DNA of 56,015 nucleotides, counting the filler, from Sphacelaria rigidula (lineage: Eukaryota), in the NCBI GenBank assembly GCA_964200075.2. It is 3 parts of 3 records of this genome, joined end to end, with 100 filler letters (N's around TTAATTAATTAA, not from the genome) between each part and the next. Parts side by side here need not be neighbours in the genome. Positions count along the whole stretch, not along the records: positions 1 to 18,612 come from CAXNAA020000826.1; positions 18,713 to 37,324 come from CAXNAA020000827.1; 1 more part is not named here. The stretch is one strand, 5' to 3'. Shown piece after piece: positions 10,363 to 22,030 of this stretch. The notes beneath the pieces are model-generated. The model searched no databases and was not told where the DNA came from. It saw only the letters and a program-made list of their open reading frames with translations. The stretch's first letter is position 1. Every line of letters begins with the position of its first letter. The translations under genes were made by a program, and so were the position numbers.

Positions 10363-13300
10363 CTACGAGTCTGGGCGTTTCCCCCTTGCCATGATTCCTG
10401 CCATAGCGCCCTTGAACAGGTTGTTGTTGCCTGCGTGGGAGCAACGTGCATGAAAAGCCCACAAGAATGAGGAACAAGTGCCCACATCTTGAGAGGGAAG
10501 AAGTATCGCATACCGGTGAGAAAACGCAAGTTCCAACACACACAAGATCAAAACTTTGCCTCTCCTACTGCATGTATGGACCGTGTACAACAGAAGGCGA
10601 ATATAGCATCGGTTTATCGTCTTAGCCCTCCCCCAACCCCGACCAGCCGCTGGAGTTTTTTGCGGCACCTCATGCTAGCATAAACAGATCAACAGATAAC
10701 CAAGTAAACGCCACAACACACCTGCTTGCCAGCCCGCGCCACCATTACCCGCTCCTCTTCGGCCGGGTCTTGCCGCATTAGCTATCGGAGTGTTGGGCTG
10801 CACGACGATGCACGAAAAAAAAAACGCGACGAGCACCGACAGGCAGATACGTTTCTTCGGTGACTCGATGCTTCCCAGAGGTTCTGTACATTATTGCATC
10901 ACTGCGCCGGGCAACCCCTCATTAGTTCAGGGCGCGACATTCCGTGCCTCCTTTTTGACCACGGCTGATTATCCTCTGCGAGCTGGAACATCGGGATATG
11001 CGATCAACGCACGAACAACATGCTTTAGCACAATTCCTGGGCACCTGTTTCACTCGATCTGGTCCTTACCAAGCCTTCCACAATTTGGACGAATCATGGC
11101 CGGTTTGAATCACCAAATACACAATTTTTCCAGCCTGGTTGCTCGAAAAAGACTGTAAGCGTTGACCGCTGACCAAGAAGGTTTCGGCGCAACTTTTGCG
11201 CCATTCCACGTGGCTGGGCTGAGCGTACCTGGGTTGCAACGCTAGTAACACTGCTTCAGGATTGATTCGTACGAATCAATTATACTAAAAGCAAGTAATT
11301 TCCAGACGAATCATCAATGAGTCCGACCCTTGAAACCTTTACAACGCATTTGCGGCAGGATATGCATACGGGGTCTCAACCCTCTGAGCGCTCGCGGATG
11401 GATGCACGTGAGCAGTTTATGGGCTAAGCAGAACAACAAAACGACATGAACGTGACACAAAATGCAAAACCATGCTCAATATCCTGTAATCCGAAGCACC
11501 ACTGGCCGCTGCTATCATCCACCCATCTCGTTCGATCTCCGACCATCGACACGTTACGGTGAGTCAACCAGGTCACTGAGACAGGTTGCTGAAGAAACTT
11601 TTTATCGCCGGATCGCAACTGCTCTAGCAGGAGACAACTAACCTCAGACATGACGCCCCTCGGGTCCATCAAGCGTATTTTCTTTGCGGACACGTTGCTG
11701 GCGGATGGCGCCGGTTCCGACCTTGACACGACGCCGCTCGGGCTCAACAAGTGCGTCCTCTTCCGAGTGGCATCTCTTACCGTCGGCAAATAATCCGACC
11801 GTTCAGGATTCGCTTTGGTCGCCGACGCCGTTTCTCCAGTCCTGGTTTTCACCGCGGGACTGCCGTTCGGGCTCAACAAGTGCGTCCTCTTCCGAGTGGC
11901 ATCTCTGACCGTCGGCAAAGAATTCGACCGTTCAGGATTCGCCTTGGTCGCCGACGCCGCTTCTCCGGTCCTGGTTTTCACCACGGGACTGCCGTTCGGG
12001 CTCAAAAACCGCGTCCTCTTCAGAATGGCGTCCCTGACAAGCGGCAAAGAATCCGACCGCTCGGTTTTCGCCTTGGTTGCAGACACCGCAGGGCTGCTGG
12101 CAAATTCCACGGCCCCGGTCCCTGCCTCCGCTCCGACTCGCTTCACCACAGATGCGGACCGCCTCCCGGCTCCATTACCGCTACTGGTGGAATTCTTCTC
12201 GTTGCTCTTGTCGTTATCCTGTACCACTACTCGCTCGCCACTTTTTCGCTTCGCCCCCGCCGCTGTTTCCCCATCCGCTGGTTCGCCACTGTCGCTGCTT
12301 ACGTCGGCACTTGCTGATCCTAATTCGGAATCGTTCGAGCCGCTAGTACGCAACGAGTCTGATGTTACGGCCGCCAGGTCCGAGGTTGCGCTGGCCTGGT
12401 GGTCCGAGGCTGGCTTGATCGTTGACATCGTCTTCGCATCGCCACCCCCAGTCGCCCACGCTAGCTTTGGCTGGAGGCGTTCGAGGTGGCGTTTAACAGC
12501 AAGTGTCGAGCAGTGGTCAAGAGGCAGCAGAATGCCGTTTTTCACAGGCATGAAGGAGGCCGTGAACGGTAGTGGGCGCTAGAGTTTGTGGGGAGGGGGG
12601 GGGAGCGCAGGCATCAAATGTTGAGGAAGGGGGGGCTTTCTCTGCTTCCATTGAGTGCGCATGACGCGGGGTATGATTTCGCGTCCAAAGGAGTTCAGCA
12701 TGGACGTGTAGTGATGACCACCACAGGAACGTCTGGTCGATGCACGCTATTCGTACAGGGGCTCCATTGTTTATTCGGGGAAAAATCCGAGCCCTCGGAG
12801 GTACACACATTCGAACGCTAAAAATTGTCAACTCGCAACATCACCTACCCGTTTAGCCGTGAGCCCCCCAGTCGACGCTCGGCGACTTTCGTTCTCCCGC
12901 GACCCTGCATCTGTTTCTCGATAAGCCACCTTTTCCAGATCCAGAAACCACCGGAGAACAAGCAATGCAAAAAAGGCAACACTGGTCAGAAACAATTAGT
13001 ATCCCGCCACTACACAGAATAAACGCAAGATATTGGAGACATGCAAAAAAAAAAAAACAGCAGAGCGCGGGGATCACAAGTGCCGTACTATGAGGACCCT
13101 CAACAGAGTGAGGACCAGAAATGTCTATAGTGATCACGTACAGAGTCGCTGGCAAGCATGAACTCGTGCGGAGTTCGTGTGCGGTTGGCATTCATGACAG
13201 CAGTGGTCTTGGCTGCGTGCGGTTTGTACCGCAACACATGCGCACACATCTACAACCATCGTCCCGTTACTCGTAGCCCGCCTTCGCCCCGGCACAAAAT

Positions 13301-15801
13301 CGATGGGGAAATATCTCACCGTGTTAATTTCCTTATCGCCCGCCTTACAGATGCTGCTCGCGTTAAGAGCCATCCGCATCATCCGCGCCGGTCCCGTAAA
13401 CTTGCCTCCCGCGTTCTCCTTAGCTGGAGCCTGCTAAGGCACAAGAACACGCCATCCCATCAGCGGGAAAAAAAAAAACGAGGATTTAGTTTCAGCACCA
13501 GTCACAGAACAAACTCTTCAGGCCCGTTACCGGCAAACCGACCAAAAACACAGTGACATTACCAACAGTGTTAACCCTTTGGCCGCGCAGAGTTACGCAC
13601 CAGCTGAATCTACATCACGTTCGCCTAGAAGATGACAACCAACGTACCCGTTTGTCCAGGGTACCCTCTGCACCCTTCTTGCCAGAGTGTTCTCAGTCTG
13701 CCTTGGGCTAGGGTTGGGGTGAGCCTTAGGTTGTGATCAAAATAACGAGCGGAGGTGCGTCTAGGGGTGATATGGCGGTGGTTGTACCCGCTCGTGCCTG
13801 ACAACGACACGAGCGGAGAGATGAAAAACTACGACACGTGCGAGCGCGGCTGCGACTACAAGGCCACTGTGGTCAACTTGCATCGATCCGTGAGTTAACG
13901 TAGCTCTACTGTATGTAGTACCACAAAGGGGAGCGTGCTCGGGTAGGGGAGGGGGCTGGAGGCAAGAGTTGGTTGAAGTGATGGATTGGGGACGACGGGT
14001 TTTGGGGTAAACACGCCTCCGGGGTCGAATCCCGGTCCAGTCGCTGCGATAGATCGAAAACGAACGGTTAAAGCGAGGCAACGTAAGTTGCGAAAATGGT
14101 GAGGCTAGTATGACATCTTGCCACAATAAATGACACAGCGGGTCATGAAATGGGTCCAGTGATGTCCAACGACAAACGGTTGAATAACGGGACTCGTCAC
14201 CTCGTCCACACCTCGATTTTTCCTTCACTGTATTTCGTATTTTGAATCCCGCTATTGCACTACTTGTACTGTACTCCACTTCGACGATTATTCAGCACTG
14301 CTATGCACTCGCGGTACGCTCTCAACAAAAACAGACAAATCGTTAAGGTTGGAAAATACATTGATCCAAACGAAGGGTCGCACCTTGGACAACATGCGCG
14401 GGGCAGAGGACGGACTTATTGTGCGAGTCTTTGACCGCGGCCGAAGGCTCGAGAGAACCGGCGGTGGTGTGGACGTACCACCGCTACCAGGCTTTCCCTC
14501 CGCCGTCTCCTCCGCCCCCGCCCCCGCTCCCGACTCCGCCATCTCCGCCGCCATGTCCGCACGATTTCCCGTCGCAAACTCCTCCTGGAGCTTGCTGTCG
14601 TCGCTCTGTCTACCGCCTCCGCCCTCGCCCGCACCCTCGCCCACAATCTGCACTTGTAACCCGTGTTCCCGCGCCAAGTCGCGGATCTGTTCAACCCGAG
14701 AGCTGTGCTCCTCGTCCAGGATGTGCACTCGAATCCCGTGCCTTTCGGCGAGGACCCTGATTTGGGCCTCCGCGACAGCCCTTGCCCCGTTTCCCCCTCC
14801 GAACGATGATGACGAGGAAGAGCTCATGCCGCTTCCGCTGCTGCCGCCGCCTCGCCCTCGCCGCTGCGCCTCGATACGCGCGTTGACATGCGCCAGCGCG
14901 TTTTGCGACGCTTCCGCGATCGCAGCGTCTGAGCAAGCATATGGGACAGGGTTTCGTGGAGTGTTTGAGCATTGCATCAGTTGATTCAGGGGCGCTGGGA
15001 GTTTCTCGGCTACGGCAATCTCGGGGAGAGCGGGGGGGGCGTGGTTGGCTGGCTTACCGACTACCATGGGTAGCCACGGATACGCTCTATTCATGCCGTG
15101 AGGTCGGCGCGACATCAGTATAACTATGTTGGGCTGTTCTGCCAATCACTGCAGATGATTCCTCGAGTTCTAGCTGGGCTGGGTTTCTCTCGAGCAAGTA
15201 CTCATGTATTCTTGTTCAGTGACAACCAAAGTCTCCGCAATGGGAGGGTTAAAAGACTGCATGAACATTTCACGCCTGTCCGCACCCAACCTGTCCGTAA
15301 CAATCTGCCTGACCTGATTAGCGCGTCGATGATCATCTACGAATGCTTCTGTAGCGGGGTCCCAAGTTTACTCAGCGGTTATGGAGAAGGAAAAAAACAG
15401 CTGCTATTTTCCTCAGTGTCGAAATTTTTTCAAGGCATTTGGTTTGCCATACACTCGGTCGATTGACTCTCAAAACGCAACTGAGGCGTATCATGTTCTC
15501 AGAAACAAAGCAGTGGCGCAAACCGCGAACAGGGCCAGCATGTAGACCCAAGACAAGCGCAACATTATGCATGAACAAAAAAATCACGGCAAGTTAACCG
15601 TAATGACATGGAAACGCCAAGCAAACGCTGTGTAGTGCGATACGTTCGACTGACGTGCACTGTTGCGTTGTCGCCTCCATCGCTGAAATCCAGCCGACCC
15701 CATTCCATTAATGCTACCGTCGTACATAGCTGGAAGGTGAGGCCACAGCTCTGTTGAACGATGTAACGATTCATGACTGCAGAATTCGCTGGGCGAACGA
15801 A
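10363..15801 (-). CDS. Multi-exon gene for an uncharacterised, largely disordered S/T-P- and basic-rich protein, 5' end unresolved. Exons 15801-15655 (tentative), about 15133-14384, 13430-13320, 12578-11643, 11228-11174, 10781-10722, 10430-10363
   Basis: Two long GC-rich ORFs (14288-15145, 11424-12551) plus short exons, all with AG/GT boundaries and compatible phases (0,0,0,0,1,1). The product ends ...GNNNLFKGAMAGIMARGKRPDS*. No family recognised. Confidence 0.65.
11739..12085 (-). repeat. Coding tandem repeat, 129 bp (43 aa), about 2.7 copies
   Basis: GGCTCAA(C/A)AA anchors at 11741, 11870 and 11999. The unit is SATKANPERSxSLPTVRDATRKRTHLLSPNGSPAVKTRTGExA. Confidence 0.95.
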
Positions 15802-18465
15802 CTGCATTGTACCGTGACAAAAAAAAAGAAGAGATTCGGTGTTGCTCAAACCCTGCAATCTGCAATCACCACGGGAAAAAAAGGAGAAGACGAAACCTGC
15901 AGAAAATATATGAAACAGGACCGCAAATCTGTGCTCAGCACGACTTGTCAGGGAAAACAGTAAGAATAGAGTATCGAGAGTAACACGATCTGGAGTTTTA
16001 TTCCCTCATGAATCTCGGATAATTCACATTAGTTTCACACGTCGAACAGCTCATGAGCTACTTGAACTAATTAATCGAAGACGACTCTCGGTTTCCCTGG
16101 TGAAAAAATAAATAAATAAATGACAGTGGGGTCAGAGAAGCCAGAGCGCTACGTCTGAACCACTTCGCGTGCTCGGTGTCCAAGGTTGTAGGAAGCAAAT
16201 ATGGGAAAAGGGGTCAGATGAGCTAGCTCATGATCCGGATCAGTGCACTAATAACAAGTAATAATCAGATAGCTCATGAGCTGTCACACGTGTGATCGGT
16301 TTCCGCAGCAAACAAGGAAAACGGTACGTGTCACTCAACTGGAAGTGCCGAGCTGCACTCGAGAACTACATCCACCCAGATACTCGAGTAAAAAAAGCTG
16401 GCTCAGGGCCCGTGGGTATATGTACCTTTTCTGTTGGTAGTATAAGACCGATAAATGGTGTGGGACAGATTCTTATCTCCCTCTCCCCTGGGTGGATGTA
16501 GTTGTAGTAATATAAAACTTCCTCCAACACATAAGTAAAGTGCGTTATGTTTACACGAGCCCGCAACCGTTTCCGATGCTAACAACGATGCTATTATTTA
16601 AATCCTTGGCGTTTTTTTAGTTGAAACACGCCGCCTGTAGCTTTGACCCGCACAGGCCAGCGGCTACAAAAAGAACAGTCGGCTCTGAAAAGACGGTTCT
16701 CATCCCGTTTTCCGGAGAAGGAGGAAAAAGTGCACACGTCGGACAGCTCGTGAGCTACCTGGATGTTACGTCTTGTTAGAGTACTGATCCGGATTGCGAG
16801 GCTCAGATGACGCACACTAGGGTCGAACGCTAAGACCAAACGGGCCAAAGGCAATCTCAGCCAATCTGCCTGGGAGGGGGGAGAGGCTCGCAGTGAAGGG
16901 ATGTAAGCCTTTGACTGCCCGGGTGGGCCATCCGGATTTTAGTCATTCGTCACGTGAAAATGATGCCGACTCAATAAATTGCCGGTTTTGGCGGTCAAGG
17001 AGTTCAACGGTCAAGGCCTTGTTATTTACCGATTATGTTCGTACCGAAACGTTCTATTCGAAAGTCGAAGTAAATAAAAAAAAAGCCACCGTGACGGGAA
17101 AAAAAAAATTCCGGAAACAGTACGCGCGAAGGTTTCATTGCCCCCATCGTGCAGTTTTCGTCTCTTCATCGTGGACACTTTCCTTCTTCAGAGAGGCGTG
17201 TTTGATTCAGTAGAGTTTTTCACTCCGTACAACGACTCTCGAGAAGCTTTTCCGGAATATCTTTACGAGCTGGGCAAGGGCAAGCCCAGAAACGGATTTC
17301 ACCTTTGGACAGCGAAAGTATGTCATCTGTTCAATCAGCCTCACTTGCACTTGAAAAAAGTATGCATAATCCAGACGGACTGCCCTTAGGGCCAAGGGGT
17401 GGATCTTGGAAGTGAAGTCAAGAGCTCAGTTTTGAGAGCTGCGGTTGAAATTTTGGGATGGAGAATCGTGAGGTCATACCGCAAACACGCATTTCAAGGT
17501 ACTGAGATTTTTCAAGAGTTGAGGATGAAGACCAATTGTGCATTCATTTATAGCAAAAACATCCCCAACAACCCATGAAAAAAAAATCGCCGTGTCTGGA
17601 AAATAAGTTTATATTTTCAAACGAGAATTCTCAAAACTAAGCAGCTGAATCCAGATTTAGTGTGATTGGTGCCTCTCCTCGTAATGTATCGATTTTAGAA
17701 TGGATCATATGCTACATATCTCTAGAGAGATGAAATAGGTGACGGTGAGGGCATCCATCATTTCCCTGTACCTCAAGGAACGTTCACACCGAAAATCAGC
17801 GCCATCCACTGCTTATATACATTGTGACGAGGTTTGGTATAGACCTTTAGCATTGAGATATTTCCATACGCAACGGGATTTACTCGTCATGGCGCTCAAT
17901 CAACGAGGATGCACCTGACGGGGCTGTTGAGTATATGGCACCTGCCTTTTGGTTAGGCGATGAACAAGACCTGGGGATCACGACTCACTTCGTCCACGCC
18001 TATGAGATAGGGCTATGACAGCTTAAATCCATCTTCAGGCTGGCCTAGCTCGTACTTGACTCGAGTATTGACATCGATGTCGGATATTCAGTGGGGTTGA
18101 CAGTACCAAGTGCTCCTAGCGTGCGCTGAACGCGTTTTTGCAGGTCAAACATCGCACACTTTGCTTCGAGCACCCTCTGCATCCCCCTTGCCAGACGAGT
18201 TTTTCGGCTTGCCATGGGTTAGGGTTAGCGTTAGCGTTATTTCAAAACCATACATTTCCGCGAACGTTTTTAGAAAAGTCATCCTACGGAGTGGAAAACC
18301 GAGCTCGTTTGTTTGCATTCGACACAGGCTTGGCACAGGCAAGGGCAAACTTCAAGACGCATTTGATTTCTCCCTGCATCATCGCCCCATATTGTTGTCT
18401 CTACAGCGTTTGCACAGTCTCTGTTCCAAAGCACTGCATTGTTCCGAGTCTGCGAATGTAGAAAG

Positions 18466-18612
18466 ATGAGTAACACCCCCCCCCCGCCCCCTGCTCGAGC
18501 CTGGTACGGCGAGAACCTGGCGTGCTCCGTCCCAGCTTTGTAGGGGCGGACCCCCGATGGGGTTGGCGTCGGTTGGCGATGACGCTATCAAACACGCCCC
18601 TCACTGCGTAAG
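18466..18612 (+). mobile_element. LINE 3' UTR fragment (same family as 1-246)
   Basis: Reverse-complement match to 1-118. It ends ...AAACACGCCCCTCACTGCGTAAG, like the LINE end at about 36817. Confidence 0.8.
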
Positions 18613-18712
18613 NNNNNNNNNNNNNNNNNNNNNNNNNNNNNNNNNNNNNNNNNNNNTTAATTAATTAANNNNNNNNNNNNNNNNNNNNNNNNNNNNNNNN
18701 NNNNNNNNNNNN
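18613..18712. other. Artificial contig spacer (N44-TTAATTAATTAA-N44)
   Basis: 100-nt spacer whose 12-mer has stops in all six frames. An identical spacer lies at 37325-37424. Confidence 0.97.
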
Positions 18713-19510
18713 TGTTTTAGGCTTGAGCCTCATCTCGAAGTTAAACCTCAATTCGCACAATTTGTTGTTATTTTTTGTTCCAACCCCCAAAATTAGGACC
18801 CGCTGTTCGTTGCCGAATCGAAGCCACAAGAAGATGCCGGTTGTGTCGGAGCCGTCTTAATGCTCGTATTACATTACGGTACGCAGCGCTTTCCGAAACG
18901 ACACCTAGGCCGCATCGTGTTGATTTTCCAACATGCCACCCATACCGGTGGTGCAAGCGGGATGGGACTGCAGCCAGGTGTAGTACTGCTTATGCGCTGT
19001 AGACTACGAATCGTTCCCACGGTCTTTTTCGAGCTGAAGCTGGCAAGAGTGAGGAACGGCACCGTAGGCAACGTGTTCCCGTCGAGCATTGAGCATTTGA
19101 ATTTTCACGCAACACAAGCAAGCGGATGCTGATATCATGGCGGCGTCGGGGAGGTCTTCTGATTGCGATGCCAAACGTTTCTACTTCGTGAATGGCCCAT
19201 TGTGATGAGCATGGCAGTTACGATGGATAATGAATGTCCCACTGTGGAATCTGCGCCGTCGCGAGTCATGCCACGATAGGGGGGGGGGGTATGTGGGGCC
19301 ATTTTCTTCCACGAAATTCTACTTGAAATCGTCGGTGATAGCAGCAACGGCTGTTCAAACGCGTTTGCTTCCAATAAATACCGTTCATTGATACTGCTTG
19401 ACACTGCTTTTACCCAAATACAAGCGCACCGCGAGTGTGTTGGGTCGTCTGAAGCATTTATGAGCCCATTTTTTCGTGGAATCAACCCCCCCACCCCCCA
19501 CCCCCCTACA

Positions 19511-19726
19511 AGAGGTATCTCAAAGACGGCTCCCGGTAGTCTGGTTTATTCACTGTCTCTGAGTTGTGTGCTATTTTTTCAAGTGAAGGTGACGCGATTC
19601 ATAGGAGGACGTGACCTGGTGGTCAGAGTGTCTCTCATCATGTGATGAGTCGCCATCTCTTTCACTGGCGAACATAGAACACAACAAACCAGGATACGGA
19701 CGGGGAGCCGACTTTGAGATACCTCT
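19511..19726. mobile_element. MITE with about 24-bp TIRs (AGAGGTATCTCAAAGWCGGCTCCC)
   Basis: agaggtatctcaaagacggctccc at 19511 pairs with gggagccgactttgagatacctct ending at 19726. No ORF, and the TSD is not clean. Confidence 0.8.
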
Positions 19727-19736
19727 ATTAACTATA

Positions 19737-19913
19737 AACAGTCGGTCATCGACATTGAGGATGAAAACCCGAAGGATGAAGCAGATCTTATCCACACCAA
19801 ATCTTCATGAAAAATGATATTCCGAACATTCGATGTGGATACGAAGATTTTAATCCTCCAAGCTCTCATCCTCAATGAAAAGCTCCATCCTCAATTTCGA
19901 TGATCGCCTGTCC
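19737..19913. mobile_element. Short MITE related to the 20396/31124 foldback family
   Basis: Imperfect TIRs acagtcggtcatcgacattgaggatg and catcctcaatttcgatgatcgcctgt. The internal tgtggatacgaagattttaatcctcc is shared with 20745-20770 and 31470-31500. Confidence 0.65.
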
Positions 19914-20395
19914 TATCGTAGCATTACTCCACACATCGGAGGGATCAGCTCGTCACTGATCTGGGTCATGATCGGTCTGAGTTGAGCTGTCACCCGTACA
20001 CGTTTGTCCGATGGTGATCCGTAGGACCCGCTTCACCTGTACATGTTTGCCGAGCGACGAGCTGTACGACCCGCTTCACACACACACTTTCGTGTACAAA
20101 TGATCTGCAGACCCGTGTCTTCTGCACAACATCACATAGTTGTGATTTTCATCATTCGGGTCAGGCAAGCGCAGAAGCTTGTTGTCGATCCGGCGATTCG
20201 AATCTCATGTACACCAAAAGCTAGCCCTTACCTGCGAAATCCGAATCTAGTGTACAAGAAACCCATTCCCGCACCCGTAAGATCCGGATCAAGAATGCAA
20301 GAACACAGTATTCAGCTCCCTCACCTGTTAACGTGTACGGCCCGGGTACAATGCATGTTCACAAGTCCGTGTTTTGGCTGTACGCATATTTATTG

Positions 20396-20821
20396 AACAC
20401 GGGATCTTACAAATTGGGGGTGAGAAACCCGGGGGATTAAAATCTTCGTATCCGCACCAAATATTCGAAATGTAGTTCCATTATTTCACCTACTGACAGC
20501 TATTGGCGACTGCTACACGCCATAGAAATATGGATTTCGATCACCGAAATGTTGGGGTCCTTAGTGAAAGACCAATTCTGCGGGATTCCGGGTGTCCGAG
20601 CGGACGCCAAAATGGTTCCGAAATTGTTTTTTCACCTAGGACCCCAACATTTCGGTCATCGAAATTCAACTTTCTACGGCGTGCAGCAGTTGTCAATAGC
20701 TATCAGTAGGTGAAAAAATGGAACCACATTTCGAATATTTGGTGTGGATGCGACGATTTTAATCCTCCGGGTCTCTCATCCCCAATAAATTATCCATCCC
20801 CAATTTGTAAGATCCCGTGTT
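20396..20821. mobile_element. Foldback MITE, 426 bp, termini AACACGGGATC...GATCCCGTGTT, 4-bp TSD ATTG
   Basis: Nearly the whole element is an imperfect palindrome. ATTG occurs at 20392-20395 and 20822-20825. Confidence 0.9.
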
Positions 20822-21439
20822 ATTGGCGCAAGTCCGATGATGACCTGGATGACCCGTGCGACTCAAACATACCCCTCTGATGGTATGTATGACGTGTGTG
20901 ACTCGTACATATCCATCTGATGATGATCTGTATGACCCGAGTATCCTTAGTTGATCTCCTTGGGCACCCCTACCATGTAATCCGAATCCGGTGTTGACAA
21001 GAGCCTGTGTGTATCCTTACAACCCGATCGATGATATCCGGATCACGAGGACCGTTCCATAACTAGTTGAACTGTATCATCCGAATCGGGTACAAAGGTG
21101 TGTTCTCACTTGAGCTGTATGATCTGCATCCTATGGAAAGTTGTCCGCCAGACGTGTGCATTACTCCACCGGCTATTTTCCCTTCCACTCTGACTCTGAA
21201 CTGGGCAATATACTCTAAAACGTTTTCTGACATTCTCTAACGAAACAAAATGGGCAATATACAAAAAAGGGTACACCCTGGTGCTTTTGGAACAAAAAAA
21301 GGGAAAGCTTTTCTCGCTTCGGGGCGCGGCGCTGCACGCTGGCTGAACACCTCGAAAACCCGTTCCAGCACCTCAGCCCCACGCCCGAGGTGTCTGGGCA
21401 GCATACCCGTCCATTTTGTTTCATTTTCACAAGTGTTAC

Positions 21440-22030
21440 TGCACAGGTGGACATTCGGCTCCGTCTGCAGGGTCGGAGGGTCAGTACCCTGTCAAGGGTA
21501 CTTTGGTGATGACCCCGTCTCAAATACTTGGACCCTGCACAGGGTCACACCTTGTACAGGGAGTCGGATGTTACGGGCCCTGTGCCAGGACGGCCCCTGC
21601 ACAGGGTCGGAGGATCAATACCCTGTCAAGGGTACTTTTGTGATGACCTTGCCAACTGCTACCACCAAACAAGGTATTCAAATACTTGGACCCTGCACAG
21701 GGCCACACCTTGTACAGGGAGTCGGACGTTACGGGCCTTGTGTAAGGATGGCCCCTGCTCAGGGTCGGAGGGTTAATACCCTGCCAAGGGTTACTTTTGT
21801 GATGACCTTGTCAACTGCTACCATCAACCAAGGTATCCAAACGTTTCGGACCCTGCACAGGGTCACACCGTGTACAGGGAGCAGGATGTTACAAACCTTG
21901 TGCAAGGATGGTCTCTGCACAGGGTCAGACCTTTTGCAGAGGGGACATATTTTATTGACCCTGTGCAAGGATGCACCCTTTCCGGGTATGAGGATTAGTA
22001 CCCTGCCAAGGTTGCGTTTTTTACAAGACC
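21440..22030. repeat. Satellite-like tandem array, about 158-bp unit built from palindromic CCCTGYNCAGGG sub-motifs
   Basis: AGGGTCGGAGG anchors at 21469, 21603 and 21761 (spacing 134, 158), then a decayed fourth unit. ORF 21250-22104 is a by-product of the repeat. Confidence 0.85.

Noticed and set aside
11815..12582. Long plus-strand ORFs (also 4922-5425, 14349-14984, and 6237-6839 on -)
   Set aside because: They are antisense shadows of real GC-rich exons.
13649..13797. Candidate extra exon of the orphan gene
   Set aside because: The phase-0 frame contains a stop, and the open frame does not match the phases of neighbouring exons.
17211..18020. Plus-strand exon-like pieces (VEFFTPYNDSREAFPEYLYELGKG...)
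   Set aside because: They may be a decayed gene, but no consistent frame or family could be supported.
1..18612. Inverted repeats at both ends of contig 1 as TIRs of an 18.6-kb giant transposon carrying three genes
   Set aside because: Both are LINE 3' fragments of a dispersed family, and contigs commonly break at such repeats.
18657..18668. TTAATTAATTAA as a biological motif or piggyBac site
   Set aside because: It is an artificial linker centred in N runs.
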